From a virus, in IMG/VR virus record IMGVR_UViG_3300028867_000005, positions 1-64,000 of that record: 64,000 nucleotides of DNA. One strand, 5' to 3'. Position 1 is the stretch's first letter. Every line of letters starts with the position of its first letter. Made by a program: the position numbers and the translations under genes. The notes below the pieces were generated by a model. That model had not been told where the DNA came from. It ran no database searches and was given only the letters and a program-made list of their open reading frames with translations. Positions 27,703 through 37,930 of this stretch are shown here, piece after piece.

Positions 27703-28103
27703 TTTGTGGTTTCCATCTTGTAGGCGCCTATCTTTCCTTCGCCACACGCGCATTTATAAAAACCGCGCTTTGAAAGCTGAATAGTGCTGAGTGATTCCTG
27801 CCGGATGGTCACGTTTTTTACGAACGTCCATTTATGGCGAGTACCATTGGTACATTTTTTCATTTCGTCACCTTTCTTGCCGCCTTGCGCTCCGCCTTCT
27901 CGCGCTCGGTATAAACCCGGTGGCACTCCGCGCTGCAAAAGCTTTTGTTATGCTGCGCGTGCACCTTTCCGCATTCGAGACAGGACTTTTTCCCGTCTCC
28001 CTTTTTATTGAACTGGGGCTGGCGCTCGGCTGGCATACCGCCAAACATGGCGCCAGTCATCCCAGCGATAAGCCTTAAAATGCTGATTCTTGCCATTGTT
28101 ACC

Positions 28104-29120
28104 TCAGAAGGGGATATCGCTTTCGCTGAGCACGGCATTGCTGCCGTACTGCTCAATGCGGTCCAACTCGTAGGTGGCGCGCGGGCCAAACGCCAGCTTC
28201 AGCCACAGGCGGCGGAAAACTTCGATGGAGTCGCGGCCACGCTCCAGAATCATCGTGGTGGCCGTGGTCACTTCACAGAAGCAAACCCCCATGATGTACT
28301 TGATGCAGATGGAGTAGTTGTCGGCTTCAACGAGAGTAGGCAGGATGCGCTGGAACATGCCCAGGTTATCCGGGTCACCATGGGCCGCATAAAGCTTCTC
28401 GAAAACATTACCGACCATCACGCCATCCATCTGGTCGACGGTGCGCCGCGTGGATGGGTCGGATTTGTCTAGCGAGTTGGCGTGATCGGCGATGATGGGG
28501 GCCAGCATCCGCAGCAGTGTGCGCGTCTGCTCGTCCAGCAGGTAGAGCACGTTATTCAGCTTCTTGGCCTCGTCATGGTCAAGCTCTGCCAGTCGGGCCT
28601 TCAGCGCGTTCAGCATGGACGAGTAGTACCAGCCGATTTCAAAGGCGCCAGCGCCGAAAGCCTTCAGCGATTCCTTGCCTGAAGCCTTGAGTCCGTCAAT
28701 GGTATCGCTGACGTTGTGCAGCTTGTCGGCCGCGATAACCAGCAGCGCATTGTCCTGCACATACACAGGATTGTGCATACACAGCAAATAGGACTGCTTG
28801 CGGTCCATCCAACTGCGCTTTTTTCCAAAGCTATCGAACTTCTTTTCAGAGCACGAAATGACAATGTTTTTTACGGCGATGTCGAGTTCACCAACCAATT
28901 TCCAGTAGTGCGGCTCACAATCCTCCTTCACATCATGAAGGAGCGCAGCAGCTATCTGGGCTTCTGACCCGCCAGCCATTGCCACGATGCTGGCGACCGC
29001 GACAGGGTGCCCGATGTAGGGCACGCCGCTGACTTTGCGGACCTGGCCAGCATGGGCGGCCTCGGCCACTTGCATTGCCGCCACTGTGAGCGGTGTCGTA
29101 CAGAAGGAAGGGGTTATCAT
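28104..29120 (-). CDS. HD-domain hydrolase, RelA/SpoT (small alarmone hydrolase/Mesh1)-like, with C-terminal extension
   Basis: AHAGQVRK.SG.PYIGHP..VA, AALLHDVKED and ADKLHN motifs. Confidence 0.85.
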   Translation of the reverse strand: MITPSFCTTPLTVAAMQVAEAAHAGQVRKVSGVPYIGHPVAVASIVAMAGGSEAQIAAALLHDVKEDCEPHYWKLVGELDIAVKNIVISCSEKKFDSFGKKRSWMDRKQSYLLCMHNPVYVQDNALLVIAADKLHNVSDTIDGLKASGKESLKAFGAGAFEIGWYYSSMLNALKARLAELDHDEAKKLNNVLYLLDEQTRTLLRMLAPIIADHANSLDKSDPSTRRTVDQMDGVMVGNVFEKLYAAHGDPDNLGMFQRILPTLVEADNYSICIKYIMGVCFCEVTTATTMILERGRDSIEVFRRLWLKLAFGPRATYELDRIEQYGSNAVLSESDIPF

Positions 29121-29149
29121 GTGATTGCTCTCCGGTTATCCATTGCTCG

Positions 29150-29179
29150 ACTTTATCAAATTTGAGTAAACACAAGCAA
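29150..29179 (-). promoter_or_regulatory. Sigma70 promoter for the inverted cassette, with the operator palindrome in its spacer
   Basis: Minus strand TTGCTT-N18-TAAAGT with TGn extension; TCAAATTTGA at 29156-29165. Confidence 0.6.
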
Positions 29180-29226
29180 GCGGTAATGTATAAAAAAAGA
29201 TGAAACGCGCTGCCTTCCGTTCGGTT

Positions 29227-29239
29227 GGGACGGTATTCT
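29227..29239 (+). promoter_or_regulatory. Putative late promoter (leaderless, MuF-like gene)
   Basis: GGGAC-GG-TATTCT, ending 7 nt before ATG 29247; no SD. Confidence 0.55.
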
Positions 29240-29246
29240 TGATGCC

Positions 29247-30440
29247 ATGAAGATAGCCAAGCCACTGCTCATAGATATAGGTTCGCTCGCTCCCGGCCGG
29301 ACAGACCAGGTGCTGGACGTGATGTATAAGGCCATCGGCGACCCGCCCGGCGAGGATGCCGATATCTGGCATGAGCACCCGTCTGCCTTCGTGCGCCTGC
29401 TGGTGGAACTCTTTACTAAGCGCGGCCTGACGCGGATAGCTGGCATTCACGCGGAGTTGTCCGCATGGCTGGCCGGCGAGAAGCACAATCCGTCCCTGCG
29501 CCGGGAGCCCCGGCCCGGCGAGGTGGCGCGCTGGACCCCGGCTGAGTTGAAGCTGGCGCGGCTGTACCTGGAAAGCCTGCCCCGCGACCAGTGGACGCTG
29601 GACGATTGGAGCCTGTTGATAGATTGCACGGTCGAGCGCTACATGCCGACCGTGGTGGTGCGCGAGGAAGCACAGTGGCTGGCGGCCAAGGCCTTCATGA
29701 TGGGCGCCGTGCAGGCTGCCATGGGCACTGTAACGGACCCGCAGGCAGCGGTTGTCGTCAAACATCTCCCGTCCTCTGTGGATAAAGCAGTGGATGAATT
29801 CGGGCTGAGCAAGCTTCAGTCTTCTGTTTTGCGGTATGGAGCCGCCCGGTGCGCGGAGAATGTCCGTAACATGGGCGATGCTGTCCGCCACCGGCTCCGT
29901 ACAGTCATCATGGCGCACCAGGAAGGGGTCATGCTGGGTGACAAGCTGGCGACTGCTCATAGTCTCCAGACTCAGCTTTTTGACGCTTTTGGTAGCCTGA
30001 ACCGGGACTGGCGCCGCATTGCGGTAACAGAAGCCGGCGAGAATGCGAACCAGGGCCTGATAGCCAGCCTGGCGCCCGGCGCGCGCGTGCAGCGAGTGGA
30101 GCGGTATGCTGGGGCCTGCCCCTTCTGCCGCAAGATAAACGGTGTCATCATGCGCGTGGCCAGCGCCAGCGATGAGACACTGGACGGTGACACTCAGGTA
30201 TGGCCCGGCAAGACCAACATCGGCCGGTCAGCGGCGCCGCGCAAGCGCGTGGGTGATGTGCTGATTGAGCGCTCCGCGGCTGAGCGCTGGTGGGTGGCGG
30301 CCGGCGTGCAGCATCCGCATTGCCGGGGAACTTGGCTGTCGCTGCCAGGCATGACGGACGTGATGACGGATGCTGACGCAGCGCGCCAGTCCAGAATGGA
30401 TAAGTGGCTGTCTGAACTTAATTTGCAGGATTTGAAATGA
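29247..30440 (+). CDS. Head morphogenesis protein (MuF/gp7-like)
   Basis: RRIAVTE, ACPFC and HPHCRG motifs. Confidence 0.75.
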   Translation: MKIAKPLLIDIGSLAPGRTDQVLDVMYKAIGDPPGEDADIWHEHPSAFVRLLVELFTKRGLTRIAGIHAELSAWLAGEKHNPSLRREPRPGEVARWTPAELKLARLYLESLPRDQWTLDDWSLLIDCTVERYMPTVVVREEAQWLAAKAFMMGAVQAAMGTVTDPQAAVVVKHLPSSVDKAVDEFGLSKLQSSVLRYGAARCAENVRNMGDAVRHRLRTVIMAHQEGVMLGDKLATAHSLQTQLFDAFGSLNRDWRRIAVTEAGENANQGLIASLAPGARVQRVERYAGACPFCRKINGVIMRVASASDETLDGDTQVWPGKTNIGRSAAPRKRVGDVLIERSAAERWWVAAGVQHPHCRGTWLSLPGMTDVMTDADAARQSRMDKWLSELNLQDLK

Positions 30441-31732
30441 TAATTTTCCTGAAGGGCCATGTTGATGAACACCAGCGCCACTTGAAAAACGGAAAGGTTG
30501 TGCTTGTCCGCGCGCATGATCGGCTGACTAATCCACAGAGCCATGAAGATATCCGTGAGGCGATTGGTCGCCATGCTGAGGCTATGGGATTGGAAACGGA
30601 TCGCCATAGCAGCGGTATTTCATCGTCACAATACCTGACGGTAACGCATCGTCTTAATGAAGACGATTCTGGTAAAGACTACAAAATCCGTATATCCGAC
30701 CATGTTTTGCCACCAACCTATAAAATGATGAATGGTGAGGCAGACTACGAAGTTTCGGTGCCAGGTAAAGAGCATCAGGATACCCACGGAGAATGGTCAG
30801 ATGCTATAGACTTTCTCTCTCGCCGTACCGGCAAGCCAGTACCAAAGACAGTACAGGCCCGCATTGATCGTCTCAAGCAGGAAGAGGCCGACAAACAAGC
30901 TATGCTGCGAAGATACCAAGAGGAAGCAGTTGCCAGGCTCAATGCAGGGCAGGCTGAAAAGGCAAATATGCTTGCTGCTGCCGAAAAGTCATCCAATCCA
31001 GAAGTGGTCGATGCTCTGCATGAATTGAATATCATTCTTGAGGAACTTAAAGACAAGAATGTTACGGGGAACCGTAGGAACAAACTGAATCTGCGCCGTG
31101 ATAAGAGACTTCTTGTAATAAAAGAATTACTGAGTGCACAACCAATGGCAAAGGCAATTGTATTCATGAAGGCCACAGCCGCAGAAGCTGCCGCCGTCAT
31201 CCGCGACATTCCCAAGCAGAAGAAAATCCCCATGGTGCTGGCGCCGGACGCCTTTACCCCCACCACTCTCCCTGCCCAGCCGGTCTACATGCTGACGTTT
31301 CAGGGCATCGACGTGGCTATTGAAAACCGCGAAGGTAGCGTGCGCTCCGGGGTAGATCCAGACGGCAAACCCTGGCAGACGCGGATGCTTTACCCCTACG
31401 GCTATGTCAGCCGCTCCGAAGGCGCCGATGGTGACGAGGTAGATTGCTATGTAGGGCCCAGCCAGCAGGCCGAGAATGTCTACGTCATCCACCAGCGCAA
31501 AGCCGGGAAGTGGACGGAGTATGACGAAGACAAGTGCATGCTGGGCTTCGATAGCATCGAGGACGCCAAGCTGGCCTACATGAAGCACTACAATGACCCG
31601 CGCTTTCTCGGTGAGGTAACGACAATCCCTGTCGCTGAGTTCAAGCGCAAGGTGGCGGCTACAAAGAAAGCACCCGGCATGATCAAGGCGCTTGTCGTGT
31701 TCCCAGCCGCGCAGACTGCTACAAAAAAATAA
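30437..31732 (+). CDS. Polyvalent-type protein with C-terminal inorganic pyrophosphatase-like domain
   Basis: IENREGSVRSG...YGYV...GADGDEVDCYVG...DEDKCMLGF. Confidence 0.8.
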   Translation: MIIFLKGHVDEHQRHLKNGKVVLVRAHDRLTNPQSHEDIREAIGRHAEAMGLETDRHSSGISSSQYLTVTHRLNEDDSGKDYKIRISDHVLPPTYKMMNGEADYEVSVPGKEHQDTHGEWSDAIDFLSRRTGKPVPKTVQARIDRLKQEEADKQAMLRRYQEEAVARLNAGQAEKANMLAAAEKSSNPEVVDALHELNIILEELKDKNVTGNRRNKLNLRRDKRLLVIKELLSAQPMAKAIVFMKATAAEAAAVIRDIPKQKKIPMVLAPDAFTPTTLPAQPVYMLTFQGIDVAIENREGSVRSGVDPDGKPWQTRMLYPYGYVSRSEGADGDEVDCYVGPSQQAENVYVIHQRKAGKWTEYDEDKCMLGFDSIEDAKLAYMKHYNDPRFLGEVTTIPVAEFKRKVAATKKAPGMIKALVVFPAAQTATKK

Positions 31733-31741
31733 GGGTGAGCC

Positions 31742-34700
31742 ATGATTGTCTTTCTCAAGGCTGAACAGTTTGGCCTGTTTGATGTTCCCACACTGGTCCA
31801 TGGCTCCGTGAGCAAGACCGGTGTGGTGACCGCTCCGCATGTGCGCATGCAGAAAAAGCGGCTGGACGTGCATGCGCACAAGCCTGCGCACGCTGCCATT
31901 GCAGAGCCTGACCTGTTTGCTGAGCCGCAGCCTATCGAGCCGGCACCAGCGCAACTGGCGGCAAAGCAGCCTGAGCCGGCCCCGGCCCCGGCCCCGCTGA
32001 CGCTGGAGGATATGGTGGCAAAGCTCGGCAAGGACCGTATTGCCCAGGTCATGGAGCGCGGCACCCCGGATGAGAAGGAGACATTGATTGGCCTGATCGC
32101 CAATGCTGTTGGTAAGCCCCACAAGGAAGCGCGCGCGGCGCTGGAGAGCATGTTTCCTATCGCTCTGGTGCCGGTGCCGAGCGAGTCAACCCTCGTCGAG
32201 CACGTCACCGGGCGAGGCAAGACCTTGCGTGGAGTGATCGCCTCCGACTGGTCGAAAGATGAGGCCATGCTGGTTGACCCCTATACCTTCAAAAAGGACG
32301 GCGGCTGGTTTGTCCGTGAAAAGCATCTTATCGATGGCCAGCTACCACCTCTGCCGTTGCCGTCTCCGGTCAACCCTACATCTCCCGCCTCCTTTGCTGC
32401 CCCGCGCGAACCTGAGCCTGAGCCGGCGCCGGCCGCGCGCTCCGTCGACCTGGAGCAGCCATTTGATGCTGCCGCAGCTCCAGCCTGGGGCGTGAGTGCC
32501 GGCGTCACCCAGTCCCAGCGCAAAGAGTACAACCGGCAGGCCCAGGCTATTGTCGCCAATGGTGGCCCCCAGGATGCGGCCGAGCGCCAGCTGCTGACCA
32601 TGTATTCCGGGAATGGCGGCATTGGTGACAGCCTCAACGAGTATTACACAGACCCCAAGGTCGCCGCGGCCATGTGGCGCGTGCTGCGCCAACTCGGCCT
32701 GAAGGAAAACGCCACGGTGCTCGAGCCGTCCTGCGCCACCGGGGTATTCCTGGAGACGGCGCCGGCTGCAGCTACCGTCACCGGCGTCGAGTTGGACCCG
32801 GTTAGCGCCAAGATTGGTCAGGCCCTGCACGGTGCCAAGCATGAGGTGCTGAATTCGAGCCTGGAGCGCTTCGCCACTCAGGATGGCCGCCAGTTTGATG
32901 CGGTGATTGGGAATGCGCCGTTCGGGCTGCGCGGCTCCATGCTGGCCGACGACAAGCGCCACCTGAAGACCGCTGAGGCCTATTTCCTGGATACCTCGCT
33001 GGACAAGTGCAAGTCTGGCGGTATCGTGGCCATGATCGTGCCCACCGGCGTCATGGACGGCAAGAATAACCGCGGTCTGCGTGAGCGCCTGCTGCGCAAG
33101 GGTGAGTTCCTGGGCGCCCAGCGTATGCCCAATACTGCCTTCGAGCACGGACATACCGAAGTTACTACCGATATCGTCTACCTGCGCAAGCGCCCGGAGG
33201 ATGTGGCGGCCGCCCTTGAGCGGGTAGAGCAGGCTGACCTGCAGCGCATTGGTGTATGGGATGCCGATTTTCTGGCCGGCAAATATTTCACCACCAGGGG
33301 TGCGCCCAATATCTTTGGCAAGCAGGAGGCCGGCTGGCGTGCAAAGGCCGGCATCGGCTCAGACATTACTGTCAATGGCAGCATGGAGGGGGTGCCTGAT
33401 GCGATTGCCGAGTTTGAGCCGGACAGCCGCGCGCAGGGCCCTGCCGACATGCCCAAGCTGCTAGAGCTGTTCCAGGAAAGCGACCATCCCCAGCTGATGG
33501 CCAACAGTCGGCGCCGCGCGTACACCGCGGCCAAGCCCGGCGACGTGCGCACTATTGATGGTGTGGCGTATGTCCTGCAGGGCGATCCGCCTCGCTGGCA
33601 CCGCGTTGAAGACGTAGCCGCCACCAGCGGCATGGCTGATGCCGCCCGGCTCGCCACGCAGATAGGCCAGTTGATTCAGGCGCACGAAGAGGGCGAGGAA
33701 ACCGACCATAAGCCCGTCATGCAGGCTCTGGAGGACTGGGTAAAGGCCCATGGTATCCCGTCGAAAAACCCTGAACTGCTGCTGGCCGCCAAGAGCGACA
33801 AGAGCCTGTATCGGCTGATTGGTTCGGTCGACCCCACCGGCAAGTTCTCCGATATCGTTTCCGGCAGAGCCCCGCGCAAGCTGGCCGGCGACTTTGATAC
33901 GGTGGCACAGGGTCTGGCGCTGCAAAAGGGATCGTTTACGGCTGGCGACCTGGCTGCCAAGCTCGGCCGCAAGGATGCTGATACCGTGCTGGATGAGCTG
34001 TACGCCTCGGCAGACTATGCCCTGCTGCCGGACTCCAGCTGGACCACCATGAACCAGTTCGCATCCGGTGACCTGTGGTTGCGCTATGACGCGATGAAAA
34101 AGGTTCTGGATAACGACAAGCTTCCGCCCGAGCAGCAGCGCAAGTTCTCCAGCCAGTTGGAAGCCATCGAGCAGGCTATCGACCCCAAGTCCCTTGAGGA
34201 TGTTGAAGTCGAGCTGAACAGCGCATTCCTGCCGCTGTATGTGCTGGAGGCCTTCCAGAACCACAAGCGCGATGAGTACCTGGAAAAATCCCCAGGCGCG
34301 ATATCCTGGCTGACCCCGACGGAAATCACGCTGGACCATGCCATGTACAAGGTGCATGGCGGCCTGAATGTCGATCTTCTGGAACGCTACCTGAACCGTA
34401 ACCGCGTGCAGAAAAAAGAGCTCCCCACCATCGAGGAATGGAATCAGGAGTTCAAAGAGTGGCTGTGCACGTCGGAGTATCGTGATTCGGTGGAGGCCCT
34501 GTATAACCGCAAGTTCCGCGGCTACCGGCCGGAAGTCTTCAGCGATGAGACGATGGATATTCCCGGCATGGTCACAGCCGGCCTGAAGCAATACCAGTAC
34601 GGCGGCCTGCGCTGGGCATTGCAGCGCGGCAAGGGCATTGTTGCTGCTGACGTTGGCCTGGGCAAGACCGTGCGCGGGCTGATGCTGGCGCGCATGGCGA

Positions 34701-37700
34701 AGATTACCGGACAGGCTAAGTGCCCAGCCCTGACGGTGCCGAAGTCGGTACTTGCCAACTGGGTATCCGAGGCAAACCGGTGGTTCCCCGGCTCCCGTAT
34801 TATGGTGATAGGCGAGACATACAGCACTGACAAGGATGGTGAGCTGAAGGGCGTCACCGATAGTCCCGACGTGCGCAATCGCAAGCTGCATGAGCTGACG
34901 CAGAACGATTACGACTTTGTGCTGTTTTCTGCCCCTGCGTTTGAAGATATCGATATCAATCCGATCATGAAGGAAGAATACGCGCAGCGGGACTTCTTTG
35001 ACCAGCGGGCAGCCGCACTGAAAAATGCCGGAGACAAAAAGCGCAATAAAATCCGCGAGGCATACAATCAGGCGCTGGCAAACCGCGATATCGGCAAGCG
35101 TACTGACGCCATTTACTTCGATGATCTGCCTATCGACATGCTGATCATCGACGAAGGCCATGCCTACAAGAACCTGTTTAAAGCCAAAAACCGTTACGGC
35201 GAGAGCCCGAAGTTCCTTGGCGGCCAGGGTGAGAGCCAGCGCGCCATGGATATGCACTTCAAATCCATGCATATTCTGGAAAAGTCTGGCGGCAAAAACA
35301 TGTACATGCTGACGGCCACCCCGACGAAAAACAGCCCGCTCGAGGTGTACTCGATGCTGAGCTATATTGCCCCTGAGGCCTTCGAGCGCATTGGTATTCG
35401 CAACTCCGAAGAATTCCTTGACCGCTTCTGCGTGTTCGATACCGATACCATCTACACTCTCAGTGGTGGCTTTGAGCCGGATACGCTGGTGACGACGGGC
35501 TTCAAGAACCTCGATGAACTGCGTGAAATCATGAGCCGGTACATTGACCGGAAGACGGCTGAGGATGTTGGCCTGGTGCTGCCGACCCGCGACGACAAGA
35601 TGCACTTCCTGGAAATGAGCGACATGCAGCGGTCGGTATACAACGGCCTGCGCGCGGAGCTGGCGGAATCACAGAAGGATGGCGATGCCACCGGCGATGC
35701 TCATATCTTCAGCATCATGAACCGGATGCGTCTGGCTGCGCTCGATCTGGAGTTGCTGGACCCGCATCTGTACAAAGGCCAGAAAAGCCCCAAGTACGAA
35801 GAGTTGGCGAAAAACGTCAAAGCCATGTGGGAGGGTGAGAAGGGCAGCCAGGTTATCTTTGCTGATGCCGTTGACGCACACGAAAAAATCCGTGATTCAC
35901 TGATTGCGCTGGGCATCCCAAAGCACAAGATTGCCATCGTCAATGCGGAAGTCGCCAAAACATCGATGCAGCGCCAGAATATTGCCGAAGGCTTCAACAA
36001 CGGCAAATATGACTTCGTGATCGGCAATACCGACGTGATGGGCGAGGGCATGAACCTCCAGAAGCGCACCACGGATATCCACCACCTGGATATTCCATGG
36101 AACGCGGCCATCATGCAGCAGCGCAATGGCCGCGGGCTGCGCCAGGGCAACATCAATGAGTCGATGCGTATCCACACCTACCTGAGTCGCGGCACGTTCG
36201 ACGGCTACCGCTGGCAGTCCATGAACGCGAAAAAGGACTGGCAGGATCTACTGTGGCACGGCGGCGACAAGGTGGAGAACCTGAACAAGGAAGGCGGCCC
36301 GGTCAGCAAAGATGAAATGATGATCATGCTGGCGGAAGACCCGGAAGCCGCGCGCGTGGCGATGAGCGAGAACAAGGCAGCTGTCACGGAGCGGTATGAC
36401 GCGCAGCAGCGTGCCAGCCTGGTCCATGAATTCAGCCGCTTTGCCACCCTGCGCTCCAGCTATGCCAAGGTGAAGGACAAGAGCTCCCCGTCGGCACTGC
36501 GCCTCAAGACCGCGATGGACCGGACCAAGAGCGCCTTGCAGGCCAATAAATACCTGGTCGACAAGGACGTGCTCGAGCACGCTGGCGCCGCCATCATCAA
36601 CCCGAATACCGGCAAGGCCTTGATGGTCGGCCGCGGGGTGGAGCGCATGGACGAGGCTAGCCAGCCTGAAAAGCTGGTAATTACCGGCGTCGATACATCC
36701 ACCGGTACCCTGAAGTGCCGCGCTTATGGCGTGCCTGATGCGCCTTCCATTTATGTGTCGCGTGATGAGCACCAGGGCCTGACTGACTTTGCTTATGACC
36801 CGGTGGAAGAGGGCCATATCATCGCGCGCAAGGTAGACGAGCAGATCAAGGATGGCAGCCTGAACGCCAGTAGCCCGTCTGAGCTGCGCAAGGTTCCGCA
36901 TCATGTCCTGACGGAGCTTTACCCCACGCTCCAGCAGCACCTGAAAGAGCGCGCCAAGAGCTGGAATTACGCCACCCGCGCGTCAGGGTTCGCCATGGTG
37001 AAGGACGGCAAGCCCTACATCGCAAAGACTGGTGAAGCTCGCAAGGTTCTGGATTCTGCCGATATCATGCTGCCTACCCCTGAGCATCGTGCGCTGGCTA
37101 TTCAGGGTTACATCGACCGGCAGAATGACCGCGAGTTAAAACAGGATTACACTGCCTCCAACTCGAGTCGTTCTGGTCATGGCTACAACATTCCCAGCCC
37201 GGTGAAAATAACAACATCGTATGGCATGAATGGCGGCGGCTATCGTGATGAGCACAAAAACCCATGGATTGATGCTGGCAAAGAGCTGTTTGGCTCTGAG
37301 TTCGAGGAAGAGGCGCACCAGGCATACATGCAGCACGCACTGGCCGCTGCCAACAAGGCAACTGACCTGAAGGGCGTGATATCTGCGCTGGCGCCGACCA
37401 TGAAGGTGGAGTACGGCAAGTACACATGGCCGAAAGAATCGCTGGCCTATATGTACCGCCGCGCGCAAGAGCATGGTGCCCTGCACCCGGATGCATTGCG
37501 GTCTGATCATATCCCGATGCTGACGAAGTATCAGAGCGAGGAAGCTCCGCTGCTGGGTAACTCAAAGTCGTCGCTGAGCACTCTTCTGCGCCTCGCCTTC
37601 ATGTCCGGCCATCATGACCTGGCCGCAGCGATGGTAGTGGCGGCAAAGGATATCCCGGCCAAAACCAAAGCCGATGCCCTGGACCAGTTGCTTGTCGGTA

Positions 37701-37930
37701 TCGACAGTGGCACCCGTAACCCGCTGGTGGGCGCCGTCAAGGCCGGCCATCGCCAGGCCATGGCCGTGCTCGAGGGCATGCGCCACCTACTAAAAAATGA
37801 CGATGGTAGTCTCGACGTACACGATATACTCGAAACTTCGATCAGCCATCAGTTTCCGAACCTGAAGGGGACACTGGGAGAGCGCATTGATTCCGCCATC
37901 AAAAAGTACAACGCAGGGGGTGAGGCATAA
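31742..37930 (+). CDS. DarB-like protein: N6-adenine methyltransferase plus SNF2/SF2 helicase (2062 aa)
   Basis: EYYTD, VLEPSCATGVF and GNAPF (MTase); DVGLGKT, DEGH, TATP, GEGMNLQ and QRNGRGLRQG (helicase); the same architecture as P1 DarB. Confidence 0.88.
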   Translation: MIVFLKAEQFGLFDVPTLVHGSVSKTGVVTAPHVRMQKKRLDVHAHKPAHAAIAEPDLFAEPQPIEPAPAQLAAKQPEPAPAPAPLTLEDMVAKLGKDRIAQVMERGTPDEKETLIGLIANAVGKPHKEARAALESMFPIALVPVPSESTLVEHVTGRGKTLRGVIASDWSKDEAMLVDPYTFKKDGGWFVREKHLIDGQLPPLPLPSPVNPTSPASFAAPREPEPEPAPAARSVDLEQPFDAAAAPAWGVSAGVTQSQRKEYNRQAQAIVANGGPQDAAERQLLTMYSGNGGIGDSLNEYYTDPKVAAAMWRVLRQLGLKENATVLEPSCATGVFLETAPAAATVTGVELDPVSAKIGQALHGAKHEVLNSSLERFATQDGRQFDAVIGNAPFGLRGSMLADDKRHLKTAEAYFLDTSLDKCKSGGIVAMIVPTGVMDGKNNRGLRERLLRKGEFLGAQRMPNTAFEHGHTEVTTDIVYLRKRPEDVAAALERVEQADLQRIGVWDADFLAGKYFTTRGAPNIFGKQEAGWRAKAGIGSDITVNGSMEGVPDAIAEFEPDSRAQGPADMPKLLELFQESDHPQLMANSRRRAYTAAKPGDVRTIDGVAYVLQGDPPRWHRVEDVAATSGMADAARLATQIGQLIQAHEEGEETDHKPVMQALEDWVKAHGIPSKNPELLLAAKSDKSLYRLIGSVDPTGKFSDIVSGRAPRKLAGDFDTVAQGLALQKGSFTAGDLAAKLGRKDADTVLDELYASADYALLPDSSWTTMNQFASGDLWLRYDAMKKVLDNDKLPPEQQRKFSSQLEAIEQAIDPKSLEDVEVELNSAFLPLYVLEAFQNHKRDEYLEKSPGAISWLTPTEITLDHAMYKVHGGLNVDLLERYLNRNRVQKKELPTIEEWNQEFKEWLCTSEYRDSVEALYNRKFRGYRPEVFSDETMDIPGMVTAGLKQYQYGGLRWALQRGKGIVAADVGLGKTVRGLMLARMAKITGQAKCPALTVPKSVLANWVSEANRWFPGSRIMVIGETYSTDKDGELKGVTDSPDVRNRKLHELTQNDYDFVLFSAPAFEDIDINPIMKEEYAQRDFFDQRAAALKNAGDKKRNKIREAYNQALANRDIGKRTDAIYFDDLPIDMLIIDEGHAYKNLFKAKNRYGESPKFLGGQGESQRAMDMHFKSMHILEKSGGKNMYMLTATPTKNSPLEVYSMLSYIAPEAFERIGIRNSEEFLDRFCVFDTDTIYTLSGGFEPDTLVTTGFKNLDELREIMSRYIDRKTAEDVGLVLPTRDDKMHFLEMSDMQRSVYNGLRAELAESQKDGDATGDAHIFSIMNRMRLAALDLELLDPHLYKGQKSPKYEELAKNVKAMWEGEKGSQVIFADAVDAHEKIRDSLIALGIPKHKIAIVNAEVAKTSMQRQNIAEGFNNGKYDFVIGNTDVMGEGMNLQKRTTDIHHLDIPWNAAIMQQRNGRGLRQGNINESMRIHTYLSRGTFDGYRWQSMNAKKDWQDLLWHGGDKVENLNKEGGPVSKDEMMIMLAEDPEAARVAMSENKAAVTERYDAQQRASLVHEFSRFATLRSSYAKVKDKSSPSALRLKTAMDRTKSALQANKYLVDKDVLEHAGAAIINPNTGKALMVGRGVERMDEASQPEKLVITGVDTSTGTLKCRAYGVPDAPSIYVSRDEHQGLTDFAYDPVEEGHIIARKVDEQIKDGSLNASSPSELRKVPHHVLTELYPTLQQHLKERAKSWNYATRASGFAMVKDGKPYIAKTGEARKVLDSADIMLPTPEHRALAIQGYIDRQNDRELKQDYTASNSSRSGHGYNIPSPVKITTSYGMNGGGYRDEHKNPWIDAGKELFGSEFEEEAHQAYMQHALAAANKATDLKGVISALAPTMKVEYGKYTWPKESLAYMYRRAQEHGALHPDALRSDHIPMLTKYQSEEAPLLGNSKSSLSTLLRLAFMSGHHDLAAAMVVAAKDIPAKTKADALDQLLVGIDSGTRNPLVGAVKAGHRQAMAVLEGMRHLLKNDDGSLDVHDILETSISHQFPNLKGTLGERIDSAIKKYNAGGEA

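Noticed and set aside
29777-29785. Second perfect DnaA box
   Set aside because: Isolated, inside the MuF coding sequence, with no AT-rich or iteron context; compatible with chance
33461-35605. Long antisense ORFs (714 aa here; also 49789-51396, 55147-56712 and others)
   Set aside because: These are shadow frames of GC-rich genes with clear motifs on the opposite strand; no recognisable domains
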